Shown here: positions 10,115 to 19,863 of the stretch, piece after piece | Position numbering within the stretch: the first letter of the stretch is position 1 | Layout of the letters: each line of letters begins with the position of its first letter | Assembly (NCBI GenBank): GCA_024275415.1 | Contig: JAJRZD010000064.1 | Location: 60,001-92,000, forward strand | DNA from: an archaeon | Lineage (GTDB): Archaea; Asgardarchaeota; Thorarchaeia; Thorarchaeales; Thorarchaeaceae | Reading direction: 5' to 3' | Length of the DNA stretch: 32,000 nt | Translations under genes and position numbers: made by a program | The notes under the pieces: generated by a model | What the model was told of the DNA's origin: nothing | Databases searched by the model: none | What the model saw: only the letters and a program-made list of their open reading frames with translations

Positions 10115-10885
10115 CTAGGGCTTCCTTTTCAAGAGCACGAGGACGAGAATCACACCAACGCCCAGTCCTCCAATAATCAAAGAAATCGTCCCAACATCTA
10201 CTGGCTGAGGAATCGAAATGAAATCAAGTTCCAGCACTAGGATATATGGGACATCAAATGTATACGTCGAGTTCCCCCGTACCAGCACACCCGTTGCTAG
10301 ATCATACGCGAGAGTTGTAATCTGTGGTTTACCATAAAGGACTGGATCTTGGATAAAGTCCCAGACTATGCACTCGTACTCGATTCCATTTACAGTGATG
10401 TTCTCATACCGTGACTGTAATGTCCCATTGAGCCAATTGCCTGAGGCTCTTTCAACCGCAGCATAGGCTGTCGTATTCTCTTTCTGAATACTGTCACCAC
10501 TTACAGGGATTGCCACTCCTGGACTCCAAGATACTAGTCCGGAAAGACCCAGAATGAGATTGTTTGCAATCTCTGTATTGTTCGTGGATATGCTAAGATT
10601 TCCGAGAACTAGATTTCCGGTAAGGTATCTATTAGAGCCGCCGACTTCGGTTATCTCATAGGTCATTTTCGTCCCATCCTCAGCAATCCATTTACCCAGA
10701 AAGACAAACCCCGGCCCCCACCATCCAAAGGCCTGTTCGGGAGCGTCAATTATAGTCCAAGTTATGGTAGTATTTCCATATCCTTGTGGCTGTAGAATCG
10801 TACTATACCCTTGGGCCGTAGGTATCAATAGTGGTTGTAAAAATACAACCGCGAGTACAAGTGTTGCACACAATCGATATTTCAT
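10115..10885 (-). CDS. Secreted/surface protein with signal peptide and C-terminal TM anchor, unknown family
   Basis: N-terminal hydrophobic signal, several N-x-S/T sequons, C-terminal TM ending in KRKP. Confidence 0.75.
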   Translation of the reverse strand: MKYRLCATLVLAVVFLQPLLIPTAQGYSTILQPQGYGNTTITWTIIDAPEQAFGWWGPGFVFLGKWIAEDGTKMTYEITEVGGSNRYLTGNLVLGNLSISTNNTEIANNLILGLSGLVSWSPGVAIPVSGDSIQKENTTAYAAVERASGNWLNGTLQSRYENITVNGIEYECIVWDFIQDPVLYGKPQITTLAYDLATGVLVRGNSTYTFDVPYILVLELDFISIPQPVDVGTISLIIGGLGVGVILVLVLLKRKP

Positions 10886-10889
10886 ATAA

Positions 10890-11396
10890 TCAATTCCTCT
10901 GTTGTTTTATTTTCAGTATGAAAAGCACCACAATGGCAGTGACACCTACGAGGCTTCCTCCGATAACAATGGAAGCATCAAACTGCATGTCTGTTGGCTC
11001 ATTGGATGTCTGAGATGGCAATCTCCACTCGATTTCATCTCCATCAGCCAAGAGATACTTGTTTGCCGCAGTTCCGCCAAGCTCCCCATTCACCCAGTAT
11101 TGCCAAAAAAGGTTGGCATCAGCATCCTCGTGAACCCCAGAAATCGAAACGACATACACAAGGTCGCCATACCATTCGACCTCTACAGACGTTGCCGAAT
11201 TGGTCACCTCGTACACATTTTCTCCCTTAATGTCGAAAAACTCTTGCACTGTGCCATTGCCAAAATCAATTTTGAGAGTAATTGCATTGGCTGATGTGTT
11301 GAACAATGGATCCGGAACACCTGATGCTGTAGAGTTCAGTTCAGTCAGAAGAACTATCGCCACCAACATCAGAACGACTCGTTGTTCTCTCATCAC
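10890..11396 (-). CDS. DUF4430 / transcobalamin-C-terminal-like surface protein
   Basis: Signal peptide, YVVSISGV...FWQYWVNGE...A..YLLADGDEIEW motif, C-terminal TM anchor. Confidence 0.85.
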   Translation of the reverse strand: MMREQRVVLMLVAIVLLTELNSTASGVPDPLFNTSANAITLKIDFGNGTVQEFFDIKGENVYEVTNSATSVEVEWYGDLVYVVSISGVHEDADANLFWQYWVNGELGGTAANKYLLADGDEIEWRLPSQTSNEPTDMQFDASIVIGGSLVGVTAIVVLFILKIKQQRN

Positions 11397-11406
11397 TCAG
11401 CCTCGG

Positions 11407-11428
11407 TAGGATAGGTTAACCTATCCTA
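11407..11428. promoter_or_regulatory. Perfect 22-bp palindrome TAGGATAGGTTAACCTATCCTA, probable repressor operator
   Basis: Self-complementary; lies between the minus-strand TATA (TTTTATA, 11427-11433) and the start codon at 11396. Confidence 0.75.
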
Positions 11429-11482
11429 TAAAAGATTACCGCTTCAATTGCCCACATGACAACCAGAGGATTGCTGTTTATT

Positions 11483-12304
11483 TCAAAGTGGTGTTTTTTT
11501 TCCTGTCGGATCCCGACAGAACCGGCCAAAATCATGTACCCCGGAAAGATGCTCCCCCGAGAACACGGGGCCATCAATACATACTAAATCCCCTGTTGGA
11601 TCCATTCCACAGGTCCCACATATCCCACATCCACATTTCATGTATCTTTCTAGGGATGCCTCAAATTTGATGCTATGACCCATTGCCAACTGATGGAGTT
11701 CAACCATCATCTCCTCTGGACCACAGGTGTATAGACGGTCAACATCGCTACTTGCAAGCAATTCCTCTGCTATGGTCGTGACATATCCCTTTTTTCCAGC
11801 AGACCCATCATCAGTTGTAATCTCAAGATGGAATCTACTATTCTTTATGTGATTGAAATCATAGAGAATCAATTCTGCCTTTGTCCTTGCTCCAACAAGT
11901 AAGGTCACCTCTGCACCCTTATCGAGAAGTGAATGTACCAATAGACGTAACGGTGCTATTCCTATCCCTCCCGCAACCACCATCGCTTTCCTGCTATTCA
12001 ATGAAAAGGGATTCCCGAATGGTCCTCTTACACCAATCCACTCCCCCACACCCACGCCAGCCAACTGTGCTGTGGCTGCGCCAATTCTTTTCACAGTGAT
12101 TTGGACAATGGGATGTTCCCAGAATGAAATGCTCATCGGGATTTCGTCTGTTTCTGGAACCCAGACCATCATGAACTGGCCCGCTTGAACATCATTGTCT
12201 AGATGTGGCAAATCGAATTCGATCGTAGTTGTATTCTGAGCCTCCTTCTGTGTCCGCCTAATCCGGACTGAGCAAGGATATCCCATTAACCTGTCAATTC
12301 TCAT
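11483..12304 (-). CDS. pyrK: Dihydroorotate dehydrogenase electron transfer subunit
   Basis: AGQFMMVWVP, GVRGPFG, VAGGIGIAP, CGPE.M, [2Fe-2S] motif CGCGICGTC...VCIDGPVF. Confidence 0.93.
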   Translation of the reverse strand: MRIDRLMGYPCSVRIRRTQKEAQNTTTIEFDLPHLDNDVQAGQFMMVWVPETDEIPMSISFWEHPIVQITVKRIGAATAQLAGVGVGEWIGVRGPFGNPFSLNSRKAMVVAGGIGIAPLRLLVHSLLDKGAEVTLLVGARTKAELILYDFNHIKNSRFHLEITTDDGSAGKKGYVTTIAEELLASSDVDRLYTCGPEEMMVELHQLAMGHSIKFEASLERYMKCGCGICGTCGMDPTGDLVCIDGPVFSGEHLSGVHDFGRFCRDPTGKKTPL

Positions 12305-13239
12305 CTTTCTCGCTCATCTCCCCGAATATTTGCCAATCCAACCAACTCTGATATATGTGACATTCCAAATGATTGAAGATACTTGTCCACTCCAGATTTA
12401 ATCTCTCTAAAGATTTCTATTCCGCCGATAATGGCGGTTCCAATTTGAATGGCGCTTGCGCCGGCTAGGTGCATTTCTATGGCGTCCTGCCATGTAGTGA
12501 CACCACCTACTCCGATTATCGGAATCTCAAGGGCACCGTATAGGTCGTAGACGCACCTTACCGCGATAGGAAGGACGGCTGGCCCTGATAACCCTCCTAC
12601 CAAATTACCCAAGACTGGTTTCTGCTGGTAGATATCTATTCGCATCGCCCTAACAGTATTGATAGCAACAATTGCGTTGGCCCCCGCCTCTTCAGCAGCC
12701 TTACCAATTGCAACGATATCCGATGCATTAGGTGTTATCTTCGCATATACATCACAGTCCACGACGTCTTTCACTGCTCTTACGTATTCATAGGTCAAAT
12801 TTGGGTCATGTGAAATCTGTGCAATCTCTGCATGAGGACATGATAGATTCAATTCGATAGCATCAGGTTCACATTCGACGCCAATTTGAGCAACATTGAT
12901 TATTTCTTCTATAGTTGATCCGAAAATGCTGAGCACAACGGGGACGTCAGCATTCCTCAGTATGAACAGTTCCGCTGTGAATTCCTCTATCCCTGGATTT
13001 GTCAGACCCACCGCGTTCAATAATGCGTGGCGGGTAGACGCCAGAACTGGTCCATGGTGTCCCTTTCTAGGAGTCAGACCGATGGATTTCGTAACCACTA
13101 CATCTGCACCAGCCTCATACACCCGCTTCATCACTGAACCAGAAACGCCCAATATTCCCGAGGCAAGCCAGTATCCTTCAATCTCCAAGAAATCACCAGT
13201 CCTGTTTTGGGAATATATCTGTAATAAGCTCGACGACAA
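12301..13239 (-). CDS. pyrD: Dihydroorotate dehydrogenase (family 1B) catalytic subunit
   Basis: VVTKS, NAVGL.NPG, ELNLSCPH, AKITPN, AINT, GGLSGPA, IGVGG. Confidence 0.95.
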   Translation of the reverse strand: MSSSLLQIYSQNRTGDFLEIEGYWLASGILGVSGSVMKRVYEAGADVVVTKSIGLTPRKGHHGPVLASTRHALLNAVGLTNPGIEEFTAELFILRNADVPVVLSIFGSTIEEIINVAQIGVECEPDAIELNLSCPHAEIAQISHDPNLTYEYVRAVKDVVDCDVYAKITPNASDIVAIGKAAEEAGANAIVAINTVRAMRIDIYQQKPVLGNLVGGLSGPAVLPIAVRCVYDLYGALEIPIIGVGGVTTWQDAIEMHLAGASAIQIGTAIIGGIEIFREIKSGVDKYLQSFGMSHISELVGLANIRGDERER

Positions 13240-13325
13240 AATCGCTTGGATGCTCCCATGTGTAATCCAAGAATGGATTTATTTGCATATCCATACGATT
13301 TCCCATACTCTTGAGTTGGTCAATA

Positions 13326-14582
13326 ATGCAGGTCTATGCCACATTCAATGTTTTCGGGATCTATCTCCTTGATCATGAAAGTAACATACTACACGAAGTG
13401 CTTACATACCCAGATGTGGATGAATCGGTAGACAATGTTAGAAACCTGACCAATGCAGTTGTGACCAACTATCTTGAACGGATTGCAGAGGGAATTCCTG
13501 ATGATGCGACAGTGGTAGTGGCGGACTCCAACTTTGGGTCTGCATTCTCTACGATTGTTCCTGTTCCCATTGAATCTCGGGATAATGACCCCGTGATAAA
13601 ATGGTTCCACACCATTCATGACAGCCAGCTGATAGAACGTGGGGTAGCAAAATCTCGTGAAACAGTCTACTTGTTCCGTAGAGAAGTCGGATTGAAACTA
13701 GCACGGTCTGCTGTCAGTGAGGCAAGCGAAGAAAAAGATTTGTCACTCAAACACGCGATTGATGGGGTAGATGAGATTGATAAATCGATCAATATGATAG
13801 CGATGCGCCTCAGAGAGTGGTATTCCCTGCATTTTCCATTATTGAATGACATCATCGAAGACCATGAACACTTCGCCAGCATTGTCCGAGTGTGTGGGAG
13901 TAGAACGAATATCACAAAGGAAACCCTCGACATGACCATCATTCCCGACTCCCTAAAAGAGAAGATACTAAGTTCCTCTGACACTCTCGGGGCCAGCATG
14001 ACCCCTGCGGATCTGAAGGTGATTCGTTTACTGGCCGAAAGTATCCTTAATCTATATGACCAGAGGAGGGCACTCGAGGAATATGTCTCCACTGTGATGA
14101 ATGACATAGCACCAAACATCACGACTCTTGTGGGCCCGCTTGTCGGTGCAAAACTCATCAGGCTTGCTGGCTCACTGAAGGATCTTGCGAGGAAGCCTTC
14201 GAGCACGCTTCAGATCCTAGGGGCAGAAAAGGCTCTCTTTAGAAGTTTGAAGACCGGCGCTGATCCCCCAAAACATGGAGTGATTTACCAGGTTGCCGAG
14301 ATCCATTCTGCACCATACTGGCAACGAGGAAAGATCGCACGTGCGTTGGCTGGGAAGCTTTCCATTGCAGCAAAAATAGACGCATATGCAGAATCCACCA
14401 CCAAATGCAATCTCAGGGAACAATTTGAAGTCCGGCTAGCCGAGATACAACGCCAGAATCCCAGCGCACCTCCTCCCAAACCCTCTCGTAAAGTCACAAG
14501 AACTCCACGGAAAACAGCGCATCTCAGAAGATCCCAAGGTGGTCGCACGGGGAACCGAAGGAAAAGAAAAGGAGGGAGATAG
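13326..14582 (+). CDS. nop5: Box C/D sRNP protein Nop5 (Nop56/58)
   Basis: LREWYSLHFP, APNITTLVGPLVGAKLI, QILGAEKALF, PPKHGVIY, RGKIARALA; basic C-terminal tail. Confidence 0.95.
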   Translation: MQVYATFNVFGIYLLDHESNILHEVLTYPDVDESVDNVRNLTNAVVTNYLERIAEGIPDDATVVVADSNFGSAFSTIVPVPIESRDNDPVIKWFHTIHDSQLIERGVAKSRETVYLFRREVGLKLARSAVSEASEEKDLSLKHAIDGVDEIDKSINMIAMRLREWYSLHFPLLNDIIEDHEHFASIVRVCGSRTNITKETLDMTIIPDSLKEKILSSSDTLGASMTPADLKVIRLLAESILNLYDQRRALEEYVSTVMNDIAPNITTLVGPLVGAKLIRLAGSLKDLARKPSSTLQILGAEKALFRSLKTGADPPKHGVIYQVAEIHSAPYWQRGKIARALAGKLSIAAKIDAYAESTTKCNLREQFEVRLAEIQRQNPSAPPPKPSRKVTRTPRKTAHLRRSQGGRTGNRRKRKGGR

Positions 14583-14583
14583 G

Positions 14584-15282
14584 TTGAACGTCACCGTAAA
14601 GCAACACAGATTCCCTGGCATATTCTTAATGGAAGAAAATGGTAAGTCCTCATTATCCACACGATCCCTTGTACCTCGTCAGAGTGTCTATGGCGAAAAG
14701 GTCATTCTCATTGAGAACAACCACTATCGTTTCTGGTCGACGAGAAGGTCAAAGCTTGCTGCTGGAATCAAGAACGGATTACGAGAAATGCCCATCCAGC
14801 CTGGTTCGCGCGTCCTTTATCTAGGCGCATCATCTGGAACTACTGTGAGCCATGTTTCAGACATCGTGGGGCCAGAAGGTGTAGTGTATGCTGTGGAATT
14901 CTCATCACAGGTTGCAAGAAAACTGATATGGCTTTCAGAGTCACGTAGTAATATCATCCCTATCATAAGTGATGCACGATATCCTTCATCATATGCGCCT
15001 CTTGTAGGTGGGCCTGTTGATATCGTCTATCAGGACGTTGCCCAGTCAGACCAGTCTCGGATTTTCCTAGACAATCTCTCGTTTTATTGCTCACTTGGCG
15101 CCTATGGGATATTGGCAATTAAAGCTCGAAGCATAGACTCGGTTTCTGAAACCTCTGACATATTCGAGCGTGAAGTGGCTAACATTGCTTCTCAGGGGAT
15201 GGAGATTATTGATAATGTGAACCTTGAACCCTTGGAAAAGGATCACAGACTTGTGGTTGTCAGAATCGCAGAGGAGTTGTAA
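14584..15282 (+). CDS. flpA: Fibrillarin-like rRNA 2'-O-methyltransferase
   Basis: SVYGE, RSKLAA, VLYLGASSGTTVSHVSDIVG, YAVEFS, YQDVAQ; TTG start just after the nop5 stop. Confidence 0.96.
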   Translation: MNVTVKQHRFPGIFLMEENGKSSLSTRSLVPRQSVYGEKVILIENNHYRFWSTRRSKLAAGIKNGLREMPIQPGSRVLYLGASSGTTVSHVSDIVGPEGVVYAVEFSSQVARKLIWLSESRSNIIPIISDARYPSSYAPLVGGPVDIVYQDVAQSDQSRIFLDNLSFYCSLGAYGILAIKARSIDSVSETSDIFEREVANIASQGMEIIDNVNLEPLEKDHRLVVVRIAEEL

Positions 15283-15283
15283 C

Positions 15284-15736
15284 ATGAGCAGGATAATTGA
15301 ACGGATGCTTGAGAACGATATCGATACGGCAAATGACCATTTGCCCGCCAAGAAAAAAAGCCTCGAGTCCCTTACTCAGGAAGATGCACCTAGCTATCAC
15401 ACTCGTAGTGGGGAACTCTCTCGGTTCCTAGTGGAGGAGATCGAGCATCTGGCCAAGGATATTCCACGGGGTTTCCATCCCACATTCATGCTTCCTATAA
15501 TCATGCTTCGGCGCATGGATCTTGGCAGAGGCATCTACACGATTGCGGGTTCAAAGACCGAGCTATTCTTCATCCATAGAACCCTTAGCAATGGCACTCT
15601 TGAATGGATCGATTTACCGAATTGGCGTCCTATCGAACGACTTGCGCGTCCCCAGGTTCAGATGATCCGGAGGATGTTGCCATCCACAACTTGCCTTGGT
15701 TTCACTATATCGATAAGGTTCGATGACACTTCCTAA
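15284..15736 (+). CDS. DUF61 / UPF0216 family protein
   Basis: N.HLPAKKKSL.EL, TRSG, LPII; conserved position after fibrillarin. Confidence 0.75.
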   Translation: MSRIIERMLENDIDTANDHLPAKKKSLESLTQEDAPSYHTRSGELSRFLVEEIEHLAKDIPRGFHPTFMLPIIMLRRMDLGRGIYTIAGSKTELFFIHRTLSNGTLEWIDLPNWRPIERLARPQVQMIRRMLPSTTCLGFTISIRFDDTS

Positions 15737-15801
15737 CAGTTTATTTCATAATTAGTTATGCTGAAAAGGCTAGGTGGAATAAATAAACACTGGTAATCAC
15801 A

Positions 15802-16764
15802 ATGACAAAAGCCCGTGGACATCTAATAGACGAGATAATCAGCTCTCTAGAGGACGCTGGGTTCGATCTGTCATCTCGTTGTGATGTCCGTCCTAGCTGT
15901 TTCGATCTTGTGGCACGGAAGGACGACCAGCTCGTTCTGATCAAGATTCTATCAAACGTCGATGCACTGTCTGAGGAAGATGCTCTCGCTCTTCAAATGG
16001 TTGCACATTTTTTCAATGCCACTCCTCTGATTGTAGGAAGCAAAACCAGAAGAGGGAATCTTGACTCTGGTGTGGTCTACAAACGATATGGCGTATCCAC
16101 GATATCTCCAAAAAGCCTCTCGGCAATCATTGAAGAACAGCAAATGCCGCGAGAATTCATTCAACGAGGGGGACGATTCGTGGCTATTGACGGGTCAAAG
16201 CTGGAACAGGTCAGGGTTTCTCATAACATGACGAAAGAAGAGCTTGCCAGCTGCGTTGAGGTTTCAGCCAGAGCAATTCTTGCTTATGAAAAGGACGAGA
16301 TGGATGTGAGTACCGATGTGGCTTCTCGCCTTGAGAAAGTTTTGGAAACCGATTTGATCATCCCGATTGATGTCCTGCATCACCGCCCCTCATCCCCTCC
16401 ATCACAAAAAACAAAATCCACAATGGAAATCTCAGACATTGAAGTCAGAGTCAACCAGTTCTTTGCTCGGCTAGGGATGCAGGTCTTGTGGAGTGACCGT
16501 GCTCCTTTCCATGTAGCTGCTAAAGAGGATGGGCCTCCGGTCATATCAGGAATAGGTTCTATCAGAAGCTGGGGGCTACAGAAACGCATCGAGATCCTCA
16601 AGAGCGTGTCGGAAGTGACCGAGTCTGATGCTATTATCATTGTGGAAGAAGGTTCCGTCGATGAGAATGTTTCCGAGCTTCCTGTGATACGACAGTTGGA
16701 ATTAGACGAGATTGAAAAACCTCGTGAATTGAAAAAGATAATCTCAGAACGCTCAGGCAGCTAG
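15802..16764 (+). CDS. Archaeal Cro/C1-type HTH transcriptional regulator (COG1395-like)
   Basis: RPSCFDLVARK, LIKILSNVD, VYKRYGV, HTH ELASCVEVSARAILAYE. Confidence 0.88.
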   Translation: MTKARGHLIDEIISSLEDAGFDLSSRCDVRPSCFDLVARKDDQLVLIKILSNVDALSEEDALALQMVAHFFNATPLIVGSKTRRGNLDSGVVYKRYGVSTISPKSLSAIIEEQQMPREFIQRGGRFVAIDGSKLEQVRVSHNMTKEELASCVEVSARAILAYEKDEMDVSTDVASRLEKVLETDLIIPIDVLHHRPSSPPSQKTKSTMEISDIEVRVNQFFARLGMQVLWSDRAPFHVAAKEDGPPVISGIGSIRSWGLQKRIEILKSVSEVTESDAIIIVEEGSVDENVSELPVIRQLELDEIEKPRELKKIISERSGS

Positions 16765-17450
16765 TCCTCTAATGTACTCTGCATCGATCCTTTTGCCTCT
16801 ATCCTCTTCGATACTGATTTCCATGTGCTCCTGATGAATGTGGGCAATTCCCTATTCTCCTCCAGCATTCTCTCAAGGTACCTGATAGATTTAGGGTCTG
16901 AAGGATATCCAGATCCAAAGTTTCCATACCTCTCATGCAATCTCGCAATCTCTGAATCACGTCTTACTTTCGCCAGTATTGAAGCAGCAGCGACTATCGT
17001 GTATCTCTCATCAGCTTGATGTTCTGAAACTATTTTGCATCCTCTCTTAAGCAATCCAGAACGTTCTCCTATAACCTTCCCAAACCTATCACTATTGACA
17101 TCTGCCGCATCAAGGTAGAGTTCGGTGGGCGCAATTCTTTTCGCCACATCCACAAAGGCACCTACCTCCATCTCGTTAAGGGTCACTCGGTTCTGTCTTC
17201 TCCTGTCTATCTCGCTTGCAGAAATGATGACGTATTCCGCGCTTTGTATACACCCGCGGATGCTTTGCTCCATGCGTTCTCTTTGCCTCGTAGAGAGGGT
17301 CTTCGAGTCCCTCACACCCAATTCTTTTAGAGCCGCGATTGCCTTTCCGTTTGCCAAGACTCCACATACCACCAGCGGCCCAAACATGGGCCCTCTGCCA
17401 GCCTCGTCAATCCCCCCAATGCCCCTTCGTAAGTTGCCTTTGGAATCCAT
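16761..17450 (-). CDS. rnhB: Ribonuclease HII
   Basis: GIDEAGRGPMFGPLVV, DSKTL, AAASILAKVRRD, GSGYPSDP. Confidence 0.97.
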   Translation of the reverse strand: MDSKGNLRRGIGGIDEAGRGPMFGPLVVCGVLANGKAIAALKELGVRDSKTLSTRQRERMEQSIRGCIQSAEYVIISASEIDRRRQNRVTLNEMEVGAFVDVAKRIAPTELYLDAADVNSDRFGKVIGERSGLLKRGCKIVSEHQADERYTIVAAASILAKVRRDSEIARLHERYGNFGSGYPSDPKSIRYLERMLEENRELPTFIRSTWKSVSKRIEAKGSMQSTLED

Positions 17451-17524
17451 ATCTCTCTCTCTCGTAGTGTTTCTATTTTATGATGTCGCATGATCAGTAA
17501 TCGATTTTGTGCAAGAAGGAGAAT

Positions 17525-17641
17525 GTGGCAGCTTGCTGACTTCTCACGGGCTCGCGCACCGCAGACTTTCAGCAACGTCACCGAGGCTTAACGTCCGAGT
17601 TCGGCCGGGATCGGGTGAGCCCTCGGGACTATGGCCGCCAT
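17525..17641 (-). rRNA. rrf: 5S rRNA (stand-alone)
   Basis: Minus strand reads TGGCGGCCATAG...CACCCGATCCC..CCGAACTCGGA.GTTAAGC...GTGCGCGAGCC.GTGAGAA...GCTGCCA; termini pair; TTTAAA box ~27 nt upstream. Confidence 0.93.
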
Positions 17642-17793
17642 CAAGTTCGTGTTCCAACGCATTTGGTTTTAAAGATTACTCTAGTGACCATGGTTTCATG
17701 TTTTTCATGGAGTTTTGCAGCAGTTTCGTGATATTGTCGATGTCCTGCCAATACCACATTGTATTAATTAGCAATCTCCAAGACCGGATTGAC

Positions 17794-19398
17794 ATGTCCG
17801 GGCAGCCTGATGAATATCTTCTGTATAGAGAAATCATAGATCACCTGCTGAAAGATGAAGCTAGGCTAACGAAGGCATCAGTAAACAAGATCAAGAACAA
17901 GATTTGTGCCAAGTACCAGAAGGACAGAACTCCTTCAAATGCTGATATATTACAAGCAGCCACTCCTGAAGAGTTGGATGTACTCCGTCCTGTTCTATTG
18001 AAACGCCCTGTCAGGACAATATCCGGAGTTGCAATAGTTGCGGTCATGACGAAACCACATGCATGCCCCCATGGAAAATGTGCATATTGCCCTGGAGGTC
18101 CTGACTTGGGAGTTCCCCAAAGTTATACTGGTCATGAGCCTGCCACCATGAGAGGGATTCAGAACGAGTTCGACCCATACCGTCAGGTGGAAAGTCGGCT
18201 GGAACAGCTGGATGCCACTGGTCATAGCGTCAACAAGGTAGAGTTGATAGTGATGGGCGGGGACTGGTGCTCCAAAGAACCGGACTATCGGGAAGGGTTC
18301 GTCAAACGTTGTCTTGATGCAATGAACAGGATGACTAGTCCGAGCCTGCAGGATGCAATGACTCGCAATGAATCGTCCGCTGTTCGGAATGTTGGGATCA
18401 CTTTCGAAACACGGCCTGATTGGATCAATACCGCAACCATTGACGATATGCTCCGGATGGGTGCAACAAGAGTTGAGTTGGGCGTACAAACCCTGTCGGA
18501 CGAGGTTCTTGAGAATGTCCAGAGGGGTCATGGAACTGATGCCACAATACAAGCAACAAAGTTGTTACGTGACTGTGGCATCAAGGTCTGCTATCATATG
18601 ATGCCTGGTCTTCCTGGAAGTACGCCTGACGAGGACATTGCAGTTTTTGAGGAGTTATTCTCTGACCCTCAGTATCGCCCCGACATGTTGAAGATTTATC
18701 CCACTATCGTTGTAAAGAATACCAAGCTCTACGACTGGTGGAAGAACGGAGAGTTCACTCCCTATACGACAGACCAGATTGTGGATATCGTTTCGCTTGC
18801 AGTAAGCAGAATGCCTGAATATGTCAGGATACAACGGATGCAAAGAGACATCCCATTGCATCAGATTGAGGCAGGCTTGGATCGTGGCAATTTGCGTGAG
18901 CTCGTCCATGCAAAGATGAGGGAACAGGGTTTCAGAAATCCAACCATTAGATATAGAGAGATCGGACATTACCAGATGCGTTCGGGTACGGATATCGATT
19001 TCTCAGAAATGGAGATGATCCGTAGGAACTATGATGCCTCGGATGGGACTGAGGTATTCCTCTCTTTCGAGAATCTGGAACATGATGTCCTCTTTGGGTT
19101 CTTGCGACTTCGTTCTCCCAGCATTGAGGCATACCGTCCGGAGATACTCAAGTTTTCTTGTACCATAATACGTGAACTACGAGTATACGGCCCGGTGGTT
19201 GATATTGGTGCTCGAATGGATGATGCTTGGCAGCATCTTGGTCTAGGCGAACAACTGATTGATATGGCTGCCGAGGTTTCGCTTACGGAATTCGACGCGA
19301 AGCGCATTCTTGTTAATAGCGGTATCGGTGTAAAGCAATATTACCGAAACCTTGGATTCTGGGATGAAGGCCCGTATCTGGCAAGAGACCTCCACTAG
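17794..19398 (+). CDS. elp3: Elp3 radical-SAM tRNA uridine(34) acetyltransferase
   Basis: VRTISGVAIVAVM, CPHGKCAYCPG, FETRPD, RVELGVQ, LKIYPT, GNAT domain with QHLGLG; ATG at 17794. Confidence 0.96.
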   Translation: MSGQPDEYLLYREIIDHLLKDEARLTKASVNKIKNKICAKYQKDRTPSNADILQAATPEELDVLRPVLLKRPVRTISGVAIVAVMTKPHACPHGKCAYCPGGPDLGVPQSYTGHEPATMRGIQNEFDPYRQVESRLEQLDATGHSVNKVELIVMGGDWCSKEPDYREGFVKRCLDAMNRMTSPSLQDAMTRNESSAVRNVGITFETRPDWINTATIDDMLRMGATRVELGVQTLSDEVLENVQRGHGTDATIQATKLLRDCGIKVCYHMMPGLPGSTPDEDIAVFEELFSDPQYRPDMLKIYPTIVVKNTKLYDWWKNGEFTPYTTDQIVDIVSLAVSRMPEYVRIQRMQRDIPLHQIEAGLDRGNLRELVHAKMREQGFRNPTIRYREIGHYQMRSGTDIDFSEMEMIRRNYDASDGTEVFLSFENLEHDVLFGFLRLRSPSIEAYRPEILKFSCTIIRELRVYGPVVDIGARMDDAWQHLGLGEQLIDMAAEVSLTEFDAKRILVNSGIGVKQYYRNLGFWDEGPYLARDLH

Positions 19399-19657
19399 TA
19401 TTTCAGTGTAGCACAGGATGAAGAATGCCCCAACCAAGTGTCGGCATCCACCAATCAAAAGACGTTTTGCACTCCCCGTCGTTGAAGACTTGATATCCTA
19501 ATGGAGCTTGATTAAAATTGAAACCTAGCAAGATTATATATCAAACATCAAAAAGGCAAGTCCTATAGCACTCTGGTCAATGTAGTTTAGTTCGACAAGA
19601 ATGAACTACCTTGGAAAGAACTGCAAGCGATAAAGTGTCGAACTTTGTAGTGAAAAA

Positions 19658-19778
19658 TGGCGCCGAGGATGAGATTCGAACTCATGCGTGACAAAGCACA
19701 CTGGTTATCTTGATCCTCAGCATCTGAGGATATTGATTTTCAAGACCAGCGCCGTAATCCTGGCTTGGCTACCTCGGC
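19658..19778 (-). tRNA. tRNA-Ser(TGA) with a 32-nt intron at 37/38 (19707-19738) and encoded CCA
   Basis: GCCGAGG/CCTCGGC acceptor stem, G73, long variable arm, anticodon arm CTGGT-CTTGAA|A-ACCAG, canonical bulge-helix-bulge (CTTG/CAAG, bulges AAA and ATA). Confidence 0.93.
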
Positions 19779-19863
19779 ATTGCAATCTACTTGACTGCTT
19801 GTTTTCACTCCATTGGAAATGCCTTTTAAGCTTCTTGTCATGGCGAGCTCTGTTGTGCATACG

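Noticed and set aside
11397-11482. Cobalamin riboswitch upstream of the DUF4430 operon
   Set aside because: The interval is under 90 nt, has no B12-box or pseudoknot features, and is occupied by the TATA box and palindrome
12896-13372. 158-aa plus-strand ORF and similar long antisense ORFs (13667-14206, 29079-29549)
   Set aside because: Antisense shadows of well-supported genes (pyrD, nop5, eif2g)
17509-17793. 95-codon N-terminal extension of elp3 in the ORF track
   Set aside because: It overlaps the 5S rRNA on the opposite strand; Elp3-like sequence begins near ATG 17794
19399-19657. Box C/D sRNA or small ORF between elp3 and tRNA-Ser
   Set aside because: A CTGA exists on the minus strand but no RTGATGA C box or terminal stem was found, and there is no convincing ORF
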